64,000 nucleotides of DNA from Thermococcus sp. JdFR-02 (GCA_002009975.1 MTLP01000042.1:32001-96000), one strand, 5' to 3'; positions 42,992 through 53,465 are shown, counted from the stretch's first letter. The notes: a model not told the origin generated them from the letters alone. Numbers and translations: made by a program.

Positions 42992-43867
42992 ATGAGATGC
43001 TTAATTTTAGGTCATCTAACACGGGATATAATCATAAAAGACAACATGACCCAGGAAAAAATAGGTGGAGGAGCATATTATTCGGCATTAGCACTCTCAA
43101 AATTTTGCGACGTCGTGATCGTCACTAAAATTGGTAGGGATTTCCCAAAGGAGTGGATTGAAAAGCTTGAAGATAGGGGAATTAACGTGATCTATAAGTT
43201 CTCAAATAATACCACTACTTATGAACTGAGATATATAGATGAAAATACTAGGAGTCTAAGATTATTAAAAAGAGCAGACGAGCTAGGTTTTGAAGAGTTA
43301 CCTAGTGACAAATTTGATATAATTCTGGTTAACCCAGTAGCTGGTGAAATTTCAACAAAGATGCTTCAATCTTTAAAGAAACACTACTTAGCTGTAGATC
43401 TGCAAGGATTTGTAAGAGATTTTGACGAAGAGGTGCATCTAAAACAAATAAATGGGGAATTTCTGAGAGGAGTTAAAATACTTCATGCAGATAAAAATGA
43501 AGCTCAGTGTTTGGGAAATTCAAAAAATGCCCTTAATTTGCTCAAAAACTCGGTCGAGATAGCGTTGATTTCCAATGGTAAGGAAGAGGGTGTTGCACTT
43601 TATAAAGGAAGCTTTTATAGATTCGTACCCTTAGATATGAAAATCAAAGAAGCAACAGGTGCAGGAGACACTTTTTTAGCGTCATTTAGCTACTTTTATA
43701 AGAAATACACATTTGAAGAAGCATTAAAAATGGCAAACGCTTTTACTGTCATCTTCTTGTCCCTCAGAAATTACGATTTTTCTATTAGAGAGGTTATGAA
43801 AAAAGCTAAATTGGTTGAGGTTAAGAAAATTTCAAGTGATGAAGAGATTAATGGCTTGTTGGGGTGA
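42992..43867 (+). CDS. PfkB-family carbohydrate kinase
   Basis: IGGGAYY and ATGAGDTF motifs. Confidence 0.88.
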   Translation: MRCLILGHLTRDIIIKDNMTQEKIGGGAYYSALALSKFCDVVIVTKIGRDFPKEWIEKLEDRGINVIYKFSNNTTTYELRYIDENTRSLRLLKRADELGFEELPSDKFDIILVNPVAGEISTKMLQSLKKHYLAVDLQGFVRDFDEEVHLKQINGEFLRGVKILHADKNEAQCLGNSKNALNLLKNSVEIALISNGKEEGVALYKGSFYRFVPLDMKIKEATGAGDTFLASFSYFYKKYTFEEALKMANAFTVIFLSLRNYDFSIREVMKKAKLVEVKKISSDEEINGLLG

Positions 43868-43871
43868 AAGC

Positions 43872-44408
43872 ATGGATAGATATGTTTTGCTGATAAAAGC
43901 ACCAAAGGACTTTGATGCAGAACCGTTAAAAGAGGAACTAATTGAGCTTATTTCTTCTAAATATCCAAATCTTAAAGTTGAGATGTACAAATGTATTGCC
44001 CTGACTGTTGATCTGGTGATTCTCTATAACAATGGTGTTGTGCTTATTAAAAGAGGAAATGAACCTTACAAAGATTGTTGGGCTTTGCCTGGTGGGTTTG
44101 TTGAATATGGTGAGAGAGTTGAAGAAGCCGCAATTAGAGAAGGAAAAGAAGAAACAGGACTAAACATTGAGCTAATAAAATTAATTGGAGTTTATAGCGA
44201 CCCAAATAGAGATCCAAGGGGGCATACTGTTACAGCGGCATTTTTGGCAAAAGGAGAAGGAAAACTAAAAGGCGGGGACGATGCTAAGGAAGCTAAGGTT
44301 TTCAAATTTGAAGAGCTAAAACACATTAGATTAGCCTTTGATCACGAAAAAATCATTGAAGATGCTCTTAAAATCATGAAAGAACTTCAAGAGAGGGGAG
44401 AGCTATGA
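43872..44408 (+). CDS. Nudix hydrolase (ADP-ribose pyrophosphatase-like)
   Basis: WALPGGFVEYGERVEEAAIREGKEETG Nudix box and RDPRG. Confidence 0.92.
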   Translation: MDRYVLLIKAPKDFDAEPLKEELIELISSKYPNLKVEMYKCIALTVDLVILYNNGVVLIKRGNEPYKDCWALPGGFVEYGERVEEAAIREGKEETGLNIELIKLIGVYSDPNRDPRGHTVTAAFLAKGEGKLKGGDDAKEAKVFKFEELKHIRLAFDHEKIIEDALKIMKELQERGEL

Positions 44409-44758
44409 TAGAAGGTGTTAGATTTGGAGAGATTATTGTGAATGGACAAAAATATGAGCACGACATTGTAATTTATCCCTCAGGGAAGATTGAGAAGAGG
44501 AAAAAGTGGGTTTCAAAGCAAAAACATGGAACCAGTCATAAGTTCGATAAAGAAGAGCTAAAAGAATATTTAAGTGAGGAGTTTGATGTTTTAGTTGTTG
44601 GAACTGGAATTTATGGGGTGCTGAGCCTTTTACCAGAAAGCAGAGAACTTGTGAAGGAAAAGGAGATTATAGAGAAGCCAACTCCAGAAGCTGTAAAAAT
44701 CTTTAATGAGCTAAAAGATAAAAAGAGAATTTTGGGAATTTTTCACATCACTTGTTAG
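44405..44758 (+). CDS. Mth938-like (DUF498) protein
   Basis: FGEIIVNG, GTSH, VVGTG and HITC C-terminus. Confidence 0.88.
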   Translation: MIEGVRFGEIIVNGQKYEHDIVIYPSGKIEKRKKWVSKQKHGTSHKFDKEELKEYLSEEFDVLVVGTGIYGVLSLLPESRELVKEKEIIEKPTPEAVKIFNELKDKKRILGIFHITC

Positions 44759-46251
44759 CCTTTTATCTTTTTGAGCATCAAGAAAAGTGATAGCAGAGCA
44801 ATTGCATAGCTTATTGCCAATCCTTTTGGTGCATTAATTATGAAAGCTGGAATACCTATAAATGCTAACAGGACACTATTGACCAAAAATAAGGCAAGAA
44901 CCTCTCCAAAGTTTATTTCTGGAATTCCAATTTCTTTTCCCTTATAGCGGAACAGGAGTAACATTGTAAGGAGAGAAACATTCAATGGCAAGAGAACCAC
45001 GTAAGGAATCAGATATAAAGTAGCAGAGTCAAAGTAAGTGCCTAAACCAAGAATTAAACTTGCTAAAATCATTGGAATTAAGCTCATTGAGAATGCTTTG
45101 CTTAAAATAAATTGACCTTTTGAAATTGGCAAAGTCCTTAGAAAATCCATTTCTTTTCCTTCAACCTTTAAGATTGCATCAGCACCACTTGTTGAAAAGA
45201 GACCAATGAGAAAAAGCAGACCAAACACCTGTTCTTTGGAAAGGTTTCCGCTTCTCAATGCTATAAACAATTGGGGGAATACAAAATAGATTGGAACTAA
45301 AAATCCAGTGAGCATTGAAGTTTTTCTAAATATTACCCTTAAATCCTTCAAAGTAAGGGCAAAAATAGTGCCACCAAAACTTGATTTAAAACCTTCAGCT
45401 TTTCCTTTTTCTGAAGTTATTTTTGGTTCCAAAATTTCTTTCCAAACTTTACTTATGGAAAAGTAGTACAAAATAGAAATGCCAATGAAATAACCAGTTA
45501 AAAATACCAAACTCTTGGAAGGCTCAAATATTGATGCAACAGAGAAAGGATAAGCAACAATGTACTTCCCAAAAAAGCTTGCAAACTTTTCACTGTTTTT
45601 GCTTATATACTCCTGAAGATAGCTTAGAGCGTAAAACATGCTCATAAAGGCAAATAGCCCAAGAATTTTAAACAAGTTCTTCAACATCTGTCCTCTTGTT
45701 TTCCTATGGGCTATTCTTAAGCCAAATAGTGAAAAGATCAATAATCCAATGCTATGACCAGCTAAAATTCCAACCAAAACCCACAGCAAAAACAATAATC
45801 CATTTATAGGGAACTTAATGAGCAAAACAATTGCACTTGGAAGCACTATTGAGAGAGAAACGGAGATATCAATGAGCAAAAGCTCGCTTAAGTACAAGGC
45901 TCCAACTCTTATTGGAAGAGATTTCAATGGTTCAAAAAGTCCCAATGAAACGACATAGGATGACTGAACAGCAGTAACATAAAGGGAAAAAATGAATGGA
46001 ACTAAGGCTAAAGAAACGGCTAACGAAGATATTACAATCTTATTATCTGAGAGAATTATACCTGAAGCCATGAAAATTCCAAAAAATATGAAGGCTAAGG
46101 ATTGAAGTGCCAAATTTCGCTTAATGCTTAAAGCATTCTTTAACTGCTTCTTAAAGCGTTTTTCATCATTTGCAACTAAAGGATTTCTTTTAACAATTTG
46201 ATAATGCAGTTCTCTGTAAAGGATTCTCACTATTTCAAACAACCTTCTCAC
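44755..46251 (-). CDS. ABC-2-type transporter permease
   Basis: About 12 TM helices; directly downstream of the ABC ATPase. Confidence 0.82.
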   Translation of the reverse strand: MRRLFEIVRILYRELHYQIVKRNPLVANDEKRFKKQLKNALSIKRNLALQSLAFIFFGIFMASGIILSDNKIVISSLAVSLALVPFIFSLYVTAVQSSYVVSLGLFEPLKSLPIRVGALYLSELLLIDISVSLSIVLPSAIVLLIKFPINGLLFLLWVLVGILAGHSIGLLIFSLFGLRIAHRKTRGQMLKNLFKILGLFAFMSMFYALSYLQEYISKNSEKFASFFGKYIVAYPFSVASIFEPSKSLVFLTGYFIGISILYYFSISKVWKEILEPKITSEKGKAEGFKSSFGGTIFALTLKDLRVIFRKTSMLTGFLVPIYFVFPQLFIALRSGNLSKEQVFGLLFLIGLFSTSGADAILKVEGKEMDFLRTLPISKGQFILSKAFSMSLIPMILASLILGLGTYFDSATLYLIPYVVLLPLNVSLLTMLLLFRYKGKEIGIPEINFGEVLALFLVNSVLLAFIGIPAFIINAPKGLAISYAIALLSLFLMLKKIKG

Positions 46252-47013
46252 CTAAAGGGCTTCTTTTAATGCCTGAACTACAGTCAAAATTTCATCTTTA
46301 CTCTCTGTCAGCTTCAAAAAGACATCTTCAAGGTTTTCTTCATGGGCTTTCTCTTTAAGCTCTTCTATAGTTCCCTCAGCAATGATCTTCCCTTGATAAA
46401 TAACCCCAATTCTGTCACAGATCATCTCCGCTAATGGTAAAACGTGGGTCGAAAAAAGTATGCTTTTCCCTTCTTTTTTAAATTCAAGCAAAAGCTCCCT
46501 CAAAATTCTCGCGCTCTTTGGATCTAAGCCATTCATCGCTTCATCTAAAATCAAAACTTTGGGGTCGTGAAGTAAAGCGGTGATTAAAGAAACTTTCTGT
46601 TGAGTTCCAAAGCTTAAGGTTCCTATAAACTGATCCAAGTATTCCTCAACTCCAAAAGCTTTAACAAAGTAATTAACCCTTTCCTCAAGCTCTTCTCTTG
46701 GAAGCTTTCTTATTTTACCTACCAGGTCAAAAAGCTCACTTGGGGTTAAGCTTTCATAGAGAGTGGGTGTTTCGGGGACGTAGCCAACTATCTCCTTAAC
46801 TTTTATTGGGTCTTTGACCACTTCAACACCTTCAATTAAAGCTCGTCCTTTCGTAGGCTTTAAAATACCAGCAAGGATCTTCATTGTAGTGCTTTTTCCG
46901 CTCCCATTTGGGCCAAGAAGTCCATAAATTTCACCGTCATGAACGGTGAAGCTTATCCCATTAACAGCAATGTTATTTCCAAAGACTTTGTAAAGCTCAT
47001 GAACTTCAATCAT
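46252..47013 (-). CDS. ABC transporter ATP-binding protein
   Basis: GPNGSGKST, LSFGTQQK and ILDE motifs. Confidence 0.93.
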   Translation of the reverse strand: MIEVHELYKVFGNNIAVNGISFTVHDGEIYGLLGPNGSGKSTTMKILAGILKPTKGRALIEGVEVVKDPIKVKEIVGYVPETPTLYESLTPSELFDLVGKIRKLPREELEERVNYFVKAFGVEEYLDQFIGTLSFGTQQKVSLITALLHDPKVLILDEAMNGLDPKSARILRELLLEFKKEGKSILFSTHVLPLAEMICDRIGVIYQGKIIAEGTIEELKEKAHEENLEDVFLKLTESKDEILTVVQALKEAL

Positions 47014-47100
47014 TCAACTCACCTAAGTTAAAAGAAGAAACACTTTACTTAATAAAGATTTTGGGAGATATTTATAACTTGTGAATGCATATCCTAACAT

Positions 47101-48615
47101 ATGAGAATTCTCCTTGTCACCGGTCGCTTGGCAGAACCTTTAGTTAAAAAATATGGAAAAGGTTGCGATGTGTTTGTGACTCCAGTTAGTGTGGCGGCTT
47201 TTCTAACACCTGAACTTATCGTGCGTTATTTAAAAAAAGCCAATGTTAAAGGCTACGATTTAATTTTAATCCCCGGTCTCGTTAGGGGCTCAGCCCAGGA
47301 GATAGAGGACAAAATAGGAATTCCAGCATTCAAAGGTCCTCGCTATGCTCATGATTTGCCCCAGGTTTTAAAAGCGATTAGAGAGGGTTTTAAGCTTAGC
47401 AAAGAAGTTCCAGCAGATTTGCTCTTTCAAGAAGATGCTCTTAAAAAAGTTGAAGACATCAAGAATAAAACAAAAAATAAAAATTACATTATGAAAGCTC
47501 TCAAAAAGCCATACAATTTCCTTGTTAGAGATTTACCTGTTGGCTTTGACTTCCCACATAGAATCTTAGCCGAAATAGTTGATGCTCCAAGGCTTAGTAT
47601 TAACGAAATAGTGGAGAGAGCAATTTACTACATTAAAAGTGGTTCTGACATCATAGATTTAGGGATGATTAGTGGAGAAACAAATTTAGCATTTACTGAA
47701 AAGATTCCTGAAATAAGAGAAAAGCTTAAAGAAGAGGGATTTGATGTTCCAATAAGCTTTGATTCATTCAATGAGCGTGAAATAGAAAATGCGTTAGATT
47801 TTGCCGATCTATTTTTGAGTCTTGATGAAGGCAATATTGAAGCTCTTGTAACTGAAAAACCAGTTGTTTTAATTCCAACCAACCAAAGAAAGGGTTATTT
47901 TTTAACAAACCCAAAAGAAAGAGTAGAATTTTTGGAAAAGCTCAAAGAAAGGGCTTTGGATTTAGGATACAATAAAATAATCCTTGACCTAATTCTTGAG
48001 CATGTTCCTAATTTAGCACGTTCAATAACTGCTTTTCAACTCTATAGAGAGAGAAATCCAAATGATGTTCTTTTGGCTGGAGTTGGAAACGTTGTTGAGT
48101 TAATAGATGCTGATAGTATTGGGATTAACGCTCTATTAGCCGGAGCTGCAAAAGAGCTTAATATTTCGCTTTTGCTGACAACCGAGGTAAGTCCAAAATG
48201 TAAGGGAGCGGTAAAGGAACTTAGAAGGGCTTTGGACATGATGCTCTTTGAGATGCCGAAAGATTTAGGTTTTGATTTGCTCATTTTGAAAGAGAAGAAG
48301 AGTGAAAGTGTTGAGTATAAAGTTAGATCACCGATAGCTGAGGCAAAAGAAAGAGGAGTGGAACTTGAAGACCTTTACTTCAGAATCTTTACAAAAGAGG
48401 AAAAAATTTGGGTAATTGCTCATAAAGGTACGGAACAGCTTTTAACTATTGTTGGGGAAGAGCCTAATGCAATAATAGACACAATTTTAGAGCACTTTGA
48501 GATTTCACCAAGACATGCTTTTTATTTGGGAAGAGAACTGGAGAGAGCAAAAACTGCTTTAAAGCTTAAGCGCTCATACACTCAAGAGGTTGAGCTTTTC
48601 AAGGAGTTTTATTGA
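47101..48615 (+). CDS. Dihydropteroate synthase-like protein
   Basis: MRILLVTGRLA, AEIVDAP, DADSIG and HAFYLGREL. Confidence 0.85.
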   Translation: MRILLVTGRLAEPLVKKYGKGCDVFVTPVSVAAFLTPELIVRYLKKANVKGYDLILIPGLVRGSAQEIEDKIGIPAFKGPRYAHDLPQVLKAIREGFKLSKEVPADLLFQEDALKKVEDIKNKTKNKNYIMKALKKPYNFLVRDLPVGFDFPHRILAEIVDAPRLSINEIVERAIYYIKSGSDIIDLGMISGETNLAFTEKIPEIREKLKEEGFDVPISFDSFNEREIENALDFADLFLSLDEGNIEALVTEKPVVLIPTNQRKGYFLTNPKERVEFLEKLKERALDLGYNKIILDLILEHVPNLARSITAFQLYRERNPNDVLLAGVGNVVELIDADSIGINALLAGAAKELNISLLLTTEVSPKCKGAVKELRRALDMMLFEMPKDLGFDLLILKEKKSESVEYKVRSPIAEAKERGVELEDLYFRIFTKEEKIWVIAHKGTEQLLTIVGEEPNAIIDTILEHFEISPRHAFYLGRELERAKTALKLKRSYTQEVELFKEFY

Positions 48616-48678
48616 ATGGTTTAATTACATAATTATGCAATTATTTAATTAAATTAAAATTCATGGTGGTGGGAAAGT

Positions 48679-49986
48679 ATGAGAGTAGTTTTGATTGATG
48701 GAGAGCATTACGTAGATGTTAACAAGTGGGCTATCAAAAAGCTCGGCAATGTTTGTTGTGCAATATTTATAGGGGGAACAGAGAAAATAGGAGACTTTAA
48801 AGAGGTAGAGAGGAAACTCGGTGTTCCCGTTTATTTTGGAGAGAATTACCTAAGAGTAATTGAAGAGATTGTCCAAAGATATGCTGTTGAAGAAGTCGTT
48901 GATTTAAGTGATGAGCCTATAGTAAATTATGAAGATCGCTTTAGAATTGCAAATTTGCTCATGAAATATGGTGTTACCTACAGAGGTGCCGACTTTGAGT
49001 TTAAACCTAAAAAGATGAGGAAACTTTTGAATAAACCAAGTATAGCGATAATTGGCACTGGAAAGAGAGTAGGAAAAACGGCAATTAGCGGTTTTGTTGC
49101 TAGAACTCTAAAAGAAGTTTGCGACTTAGTGATAATCACTATGGGGAGGGGAGGTCCAGAAAAGCCTGAGATTGTTGAGGGTGATAAGTTTGAAATAACC
49201 CCAGAATTTTTGCTCAAAATAGCTGAAAAAGGAAAGCATGCCTCATCGGACCATTTTGAAGATGCTCTAACTTCTAGAGTTTTAACAATTGGATGCAGAA
49301 GATGTGGAGGGGGAATGGCAGGCTTTAGCTTTTTTGATATCGTTGAGGAGGGAGTAAAGATAGCGAATAAGTTAGACAAAGACTTGGTGATTTTGGAGGG
49401 AAGTGGAGCAACTTTTCCCGCTGTTAAAGCTGATAAATATATAACAGTTGTTGGAGCTAATCAAAAGCTTGAATTCATTAGAGGTTACTTTGGACCTTTT
49501 AGAATTGGCTTAGCAGATTTGGTTGTAGTTACAATGGCGGAAGAACCTATGGCTAGTGAAGAGAAGGTTAGCAAAGTTAAGAAAGCAATCAGAGAGATTA
49601 ATCCTAATGCAGGCATTCACACAACTATTTTTAGACCAAGACCTTTAGGAGATATCAAAGGAAAAAGGATAGCCCTGATAATGACAGCTCAAAAAGAGGC
49701 TGTTGAAAAGGTTGCAAAATATCTAGAAGAAACTTACAATGTTGAGATAGTTGGAACAAGTTCGCATTTAGCAAATAGACCAAAACTGAGGGAAGATTTA
49801 AAGCGCTTTAAAAATTATGATGCCGTTTTAGTCGAGTTAAAGGCTGCTGCTGTTGATGTCGTGACAAAGGAAGCTTTGAATCAAGGAAAAGAAATAGTCT
49901 ACATGGACAATGAGCCAATTAACGTTGATGGGAAAGATTTGGGGAAAGCCGTGATAAGGCTTTGGGAGGAGTTGAAGCAACCTTAA
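48679..49986 (+). CDS. cpgS: Cyclic 2,3-diphosphoglycerate synthetase
   Basis: LIDGEHY, GTGKRVGKT, HASSDHFED and CRRCGGG motifs. Confidence 0.92.
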   Translation: MRVVLIDGEHYVDVNKWAIKKLGNVCCAIFIGGTEKIGDFKEVERKLGVPVYFGENYLRVIEEIVQRYAVEEVVDLSDEPIVNYEDRFRIANLLMKYGVTYRGADFEFKPKKMRKLLNKPSIAIIGTGKRVGKTAISGFVARTLKEVCDLVIITMGRGGPEKPEIVEGDKFEITPEFLLKIAEKGKHASSDHFEDALTSRVLTIGCRRCGGGMAGFSFFDIVEEGVKIANKLDKDLVILEGSGATFPAVKADKYITVVGANQKLEFIRGYFGPFRIGLADLVVVTMAEEPMASEEKVSKVKKAIREINPNAGIHTTIFRPRPLGDIKGKRIALIMTAQKEAVEKVAKYLEETYNVEIVGTSSHLANRPKLREDLKRFKNYDAVLVELKAAAVDVVTKEALNQGKEIVYMDNEPINVDGKDLGKAVIRLWEELKQP

Positions 49987-50026
49987 ACTTTTAAGCTCTT
50001 TTCTCAACTTTCCTCTTGGTGGTCAA

Positions 50027-50791
50027 ATGATAGATTCACATGCTCATTTGGAATTCTTTAAGGAGGAAGAGAGAAAGGCAATTTTAGAGAGATGCAAAGA
50101 AGAAAGGGTTAAAGCTATTGTTGATTCGATAAGTGAATATAGAAAAAAGCATGTTTGGAAAAGTTGGAATATTTTAAGCCCTTATTTTGACTATGTTTAC
50201 CCTACAGTTGGATTTCATCCAAATGAAGCAAGAAGAGGAAACTGGGAAAAAGTCAAGAAAGTTGAAGAATTCATCCTTAAGCATAGGGATGAAATATTAG
50301 CCGTTGGGGAGATTGGCTTAGACTTTCATTATGCTAAAAGTGAGAAAGAGCGAGAAAATCAGAGAGCAATTTTTGAACATTTCTTAGACTTAGCTGTTGA
50401 ACTTAATTTGCCAGTTGTAATTCATGCAAGGAAAAGCGAGAGAGAAGTCTATGAGTTAGTTCAGAAGAAAGGAGTTTTGGGAATTTTCCATTCCTATGCT
50501 GGAGATGTTGATCTGGCAAAGGAAATACTCGAAAATGGTCACTACATTGGAATTAACACTGGGATAGTGTTTATCCCTGAGGTCTATGAAGTTGCAAAGG
50601 CTGTGGAGTTGGATAACATTTTAGTTGAGACAGATGCCCCATATATGAGCCCAGTTAAAGGAGAAAAGAACATTCCTTGTTATGTAAGAGTAGCAATTGA
50701 AAAGATTGCAAAATTAAAGGGGATCAGCTTTGAGGAAGTTGAGGAAATAACTGAAAGAAACACAATTAAGGCTTTTAACTTAAAAATTTGA
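50027..50791 (+). CDS. tatD: TatD-family deoxyribonuclease
   Basis: DSHAH, GEIGLD, HAR, HSY and ETDAPY motifs. Confidence 0.92.
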   Translation: MIDSHAHLEFFKEEERKAILERCKEERVKAIVDSISEYRKKHVWKSWNILSPYFDYVYPTVGFHPNEARRGNWEKVKKVEEFILKHRDEILAVGEIGLDFHYAKSEKERENQRAIFEHFLDLAVELNLPVVIHARKSEREVYELVQKKGVLGIFHSYAGDVDLAKEILENGHYIGINTGIVFIPEVYEVAKAVELDNILVETDAPYMSPVKGEKNIPCYVRVAIEKIAKLKGISFEEVEEITERNTIKAFNLKI

Positions 50792-50801
50792 GGTGGTAAA
50801 T

Positions 50802-51101
50802 ATGAAAGCTCTTGAAATCTTAGAGAATTTAAAGAAGCTCTGTGAAGAGCTTAATGAAGGTGCTTTAATCCAAAGGATTGACAGTTTTATAAAGCTCAAT
50901 GAGGGTTTAGAAACCAAGAAGGGCAAAGAATTTATTGAAGTCTCACTTTTAGGCTTTGCAGAAGGGATTTTAACAACCCTTAAAACCAAATATAAGAATG
51001 AGAAAATTTCAGAGCTTTTAGAGGAAACTAAAAAAGCCAGAGAAGAGCTTGAACAGAAGTTCAGAAGGGCAAAGATCCCTTATTTCGAAGGGCAAACTTA
51101 A
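50802..51101 (+). CDS. DUF3216-like Thermococcales protein
   Basis: IDSFIKLNEGLE.KKG.EFI.VS.LGF.EG pattern; GAGGTGG RBS. Confidence 0.7.
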   Translation: MKALEILENLKKLCEELNEGALIQRIDSFIKLNEGLETKKGKEFIEVSLLGFAEGILTTLKTKYKNEKISELLEETKKAREELEQKFRRAKIPYFEGQT

Positions 51102-51125
51102 AAAGAACTTAAGAGATATTACTAC

Positions 51126-51185
51126 AGGTGATGAGCTTCCTACGGACTGAGCCTTGGCAATGAAGAATACAGCCAGGGCTGAGTT
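51126..51185 (+). ncRNA. Box C/D methylation-guide sRNA (canonical twin 12-nt guides)
   Basis: C GTGATGA 51128-51134, guide GCTTCCTACGGA, D' CTGA, C' ATGAAGA, guide ATACAGCCAGGG, D CTGA 51179-51182; BRE/TATA CAAACTTAAAAA upstream. Confidence 0.92.
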
Positions 51186-52250
51186 CTAAATCTTCTCTAA
51201 AATCTTTGGAACTTCTTCTGGCTCTAAAGCACTTTCAACTATGTAGCCTTTGTCAATTAAAATTTTATTGTAGAGTTTTTGTCTTTTCCAGCCATCTAAA
51301 GTCAAATCTCCATAGAACATCACTTCAGGGAGGATTATTAAACCTAAATCAACCTCTGGGAGTTTTTTAACTTCCCTCAATACATCCCGAGCCGTTAATA
51401 AACCAGCACTCCCAATATTTCCACCAAAGAACTCATTTTTAACCCTCACCACATTAAGCTTTGGAAAAAGCCTTTTAATTTCCGGATAAGCAAATTCACC
51501 AGTAAATATATAGGTTGGGAGTTCACATTCGACATCAAAGGGTTCTAATCTCGCAGTAAACTCTCCTAAAAGGGCTTGAAAAATTGGAGGGATAACGATC
51601 TTTATGCTAAGCTCTTTCTGCTTTTCCAAGGCAACTTTCTTAACAAACAAAAGCTCTTCTCTCCTTAAGGGTCTAATCTTGGACCATTTGGTAACTCCAA
51701 CAGGGAAGAGTCTAACTTCATGAACTCCAAGGTTATCTAAATCATCTAAAATCTCTCCAATATCATTGACGTTATATCCAGGAGTTAGGATTATATCGGC
51801 AATCATTCTAAAATGCTCCACTATTATTGGGATTAAATCTACAAGCTTTCCAGCATTTCTGTTGTTCATTAACCTCATTCTGACCTCTTTTTTAGTTGTA
51901 TGTAGGGAGATTTGAATTTCATCTAAACCAGCCTTATAGAGTGATCTTATTCTCTCCTCATTAAAGCGAACGTTTCCACTTGTATCTGTTACTCTAATCC
52001 ACAGATCAAAGTGTTCCCTCGCATAAGCTATTCTCTTTTCAATTTCTGGATCATTTAAAGTGTCATGCTTACTTGCCTTAAACACGATTTGGGGTGGATT
52101 TTGAGTTAGATAGCAGAAAACACAGTCATTGGCACAAGAACCAGCTTTCGAAGAAGGGGGGATAATTAATAAATCCTCCCTCTCATCTGTCATATCCAAC
52201 TCGTATTTTGTGATTTTTCTGAGTTTATAATCTTCAGTGAGCTCATACAT
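51186..52250 (-). CDS. Radical SAM protein with DUF512 domain
   Basis: [19 protein letters not shown] and [15 protein letters not shown]. Confidence 0.85.
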   Translation of the reverse strand: MYELTEDYKLRKITKYELDMTDEREDLLIIPPSSKAGSCANDCVFCYLTQNPPQIVFKASKHDTLNDPEIEKRIAYAREHFDLWIRVTDTSGNVRFNEERIRSLYKAGLDEIQISLHTTKKEVRMRLMNNRNAGKLVDLIPIIVEHFRMIADIILTPGYNVNDIGEILDDLDNLGVHEVRLFPVGVTKWSKIRPLRREELLFVKKVALEKQKELSIKIVIPPIFQALLGEFTARLEPFDVECELPTYIFTGEFAYPEIKRLFPKLNVVRVKNEFFGGNIGSAGLLTARDVLREVKKLPEVDLGLIILPEVMFYGDLTLDGWKRQKLYNKILIDKGYIVESALEPEEVPKILEKI

Positions 52251-52355
52251 ATCAGAACTGACGCATTAAACGACTAAAAGGATTTTCATGGATAAAATGT
52301 CCACTTTCAAAAAAGCAAAAAAGAATGAATGCAAAAATAAATCTGGGAGATAAGA

Positions 52356-52487
52356 ATGAGGAAACCTACTAAGCCTTTGAATTTTGAGTTTGTCTGCCCC
52401 TTCTGTGGATATAGAGCAAAAGATATGGAAGAGCTTAAGAGACATATCTTAGAAAAACACACCCTAAAAATGGATAAAAAACACTAA
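52356..52487 (+). CDS. 43-aa C2H2 zinc-finger micro-protein (not in ORF track)
   Basis: MRKPTKPLNFEFVCPFCGYRAKDMEELKRHILEKHTLKMDKKH*; F-x-C-x2-C-x12-H-x4-H; GGGAGA RBS. Confidence 0.75.
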   Translation: MRKPTKPLNFEFVCPFCGYRAKDMEELKRHILEKHTLKMDKKH

Positions 52488-52559
52488 AGAGAGTTAACTT
52501 TTATTAACACCACCCAAAAAGTTAAATCCTTGCTCAACTTATAGCTTTTGGGTGAGAAC

Positions 52560-52982
52560 ATGGAATACGAGTTAGGAAGAAGCTTTTTGCTAAGGGCTCC
52601 GGAAGATGCCGAGCTTGTGAGCTTTATAAACGAGTTTGCAGAAAAGAAAGGAATTAGAATGGGAATCTTCAATGTAATTGGTTCTCTGAAAAAAGCAAAA
52701 ATAGGATATTTTGATACAAATGAAGGGAAATACACGGTTATTGAGCTTAACGAGACCCACGAACTCATCGCAACAATGGGGAATATTAGCCTAAAGGATG
52801 GGAAGCCATTTGCTCACGTTCATGCAGTTCTTGGAGATGAAAAGGGAAATGCTAAAGGCGGTCATTTAGTTGAAGGGGTAATTTTTGTTGCTGAAATCTT
52901 TATCCAAGAGCTAATTGGCGAACCATTGGAAAGAAAACCTCAAGAGAGTGGCTTAGCTCTTTGGGATGAGGAAAGGACATAG
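52560..52982 (+). CDS. PPC/DUF296 domain protein
   Basis: IGSLK, GNIS, HVHAVLGD and GGHL motifs. Confidence 0.88.
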   Translation: MEYELGRSFLLRAPEDAELVSFINEFAEKKGIRMGIFNVIGSLKKAKIGYFDTNEGKYTVIELNETHELIATMGNISLKDGKPFAHVHAVLGDEKGNAKGGHLVEGVIFVAEIFIQELIGEPLERKPQESGLALWDEERT

Positions 52983-53465
52983 TTAAGGTTTAAAGAATTT
53001 AAACAATAACAAAATCAGAGTCAACACTGCTAGAATAAAGCTATCACTAGAGAAAGCAATGTATTCACCTTTCGATTTGCTTGGATAGGCTGAAGAAAGC
53101 TTACTCTCAATTTTTATTTTTGGTAAGCTTCTAATTTCAATTTTTCCAGCTATCTTTATCCCAATGCCGAGTTTTTTAAAGGGATAAAATAGAGGAAGCA
53201 CACCGCTGAAAAGATCTAAAAGAAAGTGAAAGCAGAGCCCATATGTAAAATACCACAAATATTCCGATTTTGAGTAGAATGGGGCAAAGATGAATGGGAT
53301 TAAGAAGAATATGGAGTGAAAATAACTTCTGTGCTCCTCAAAGAACACGTCAAAATCTGGAGTTGTTGACCCAAGAACAACTAAAAAGACCTCTGTAAGT
53401 TGAAGCTCACCTTTAAGTGCAAAAATAAATAGCAGAGGAATTGTGACATGTTTTATTGGATCCAT
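52983..53465 (-). CDS. Membrane-bound metal-dependent hydrolase (YdjM/DUF457-like)
   Basis: H...PDFD...HRSYFHS...HFLLD motifs. Confidence 0.85.
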   Translation of the reverse strand: MDPIKHVTIPLLFIFALKGELQLTEVFLVVLGSTTPDFDVFFEEHRSYFHSIFFLIPFIFAPFYSKSEYLWYFTYGLCFHFLLDLFSGVLPLFYPFKKLGIGIKIAGKIEIRSLPKIKIESKLSSAYPSKSKGEYIAFSSDSFILAVLTLILLLFKFFKP

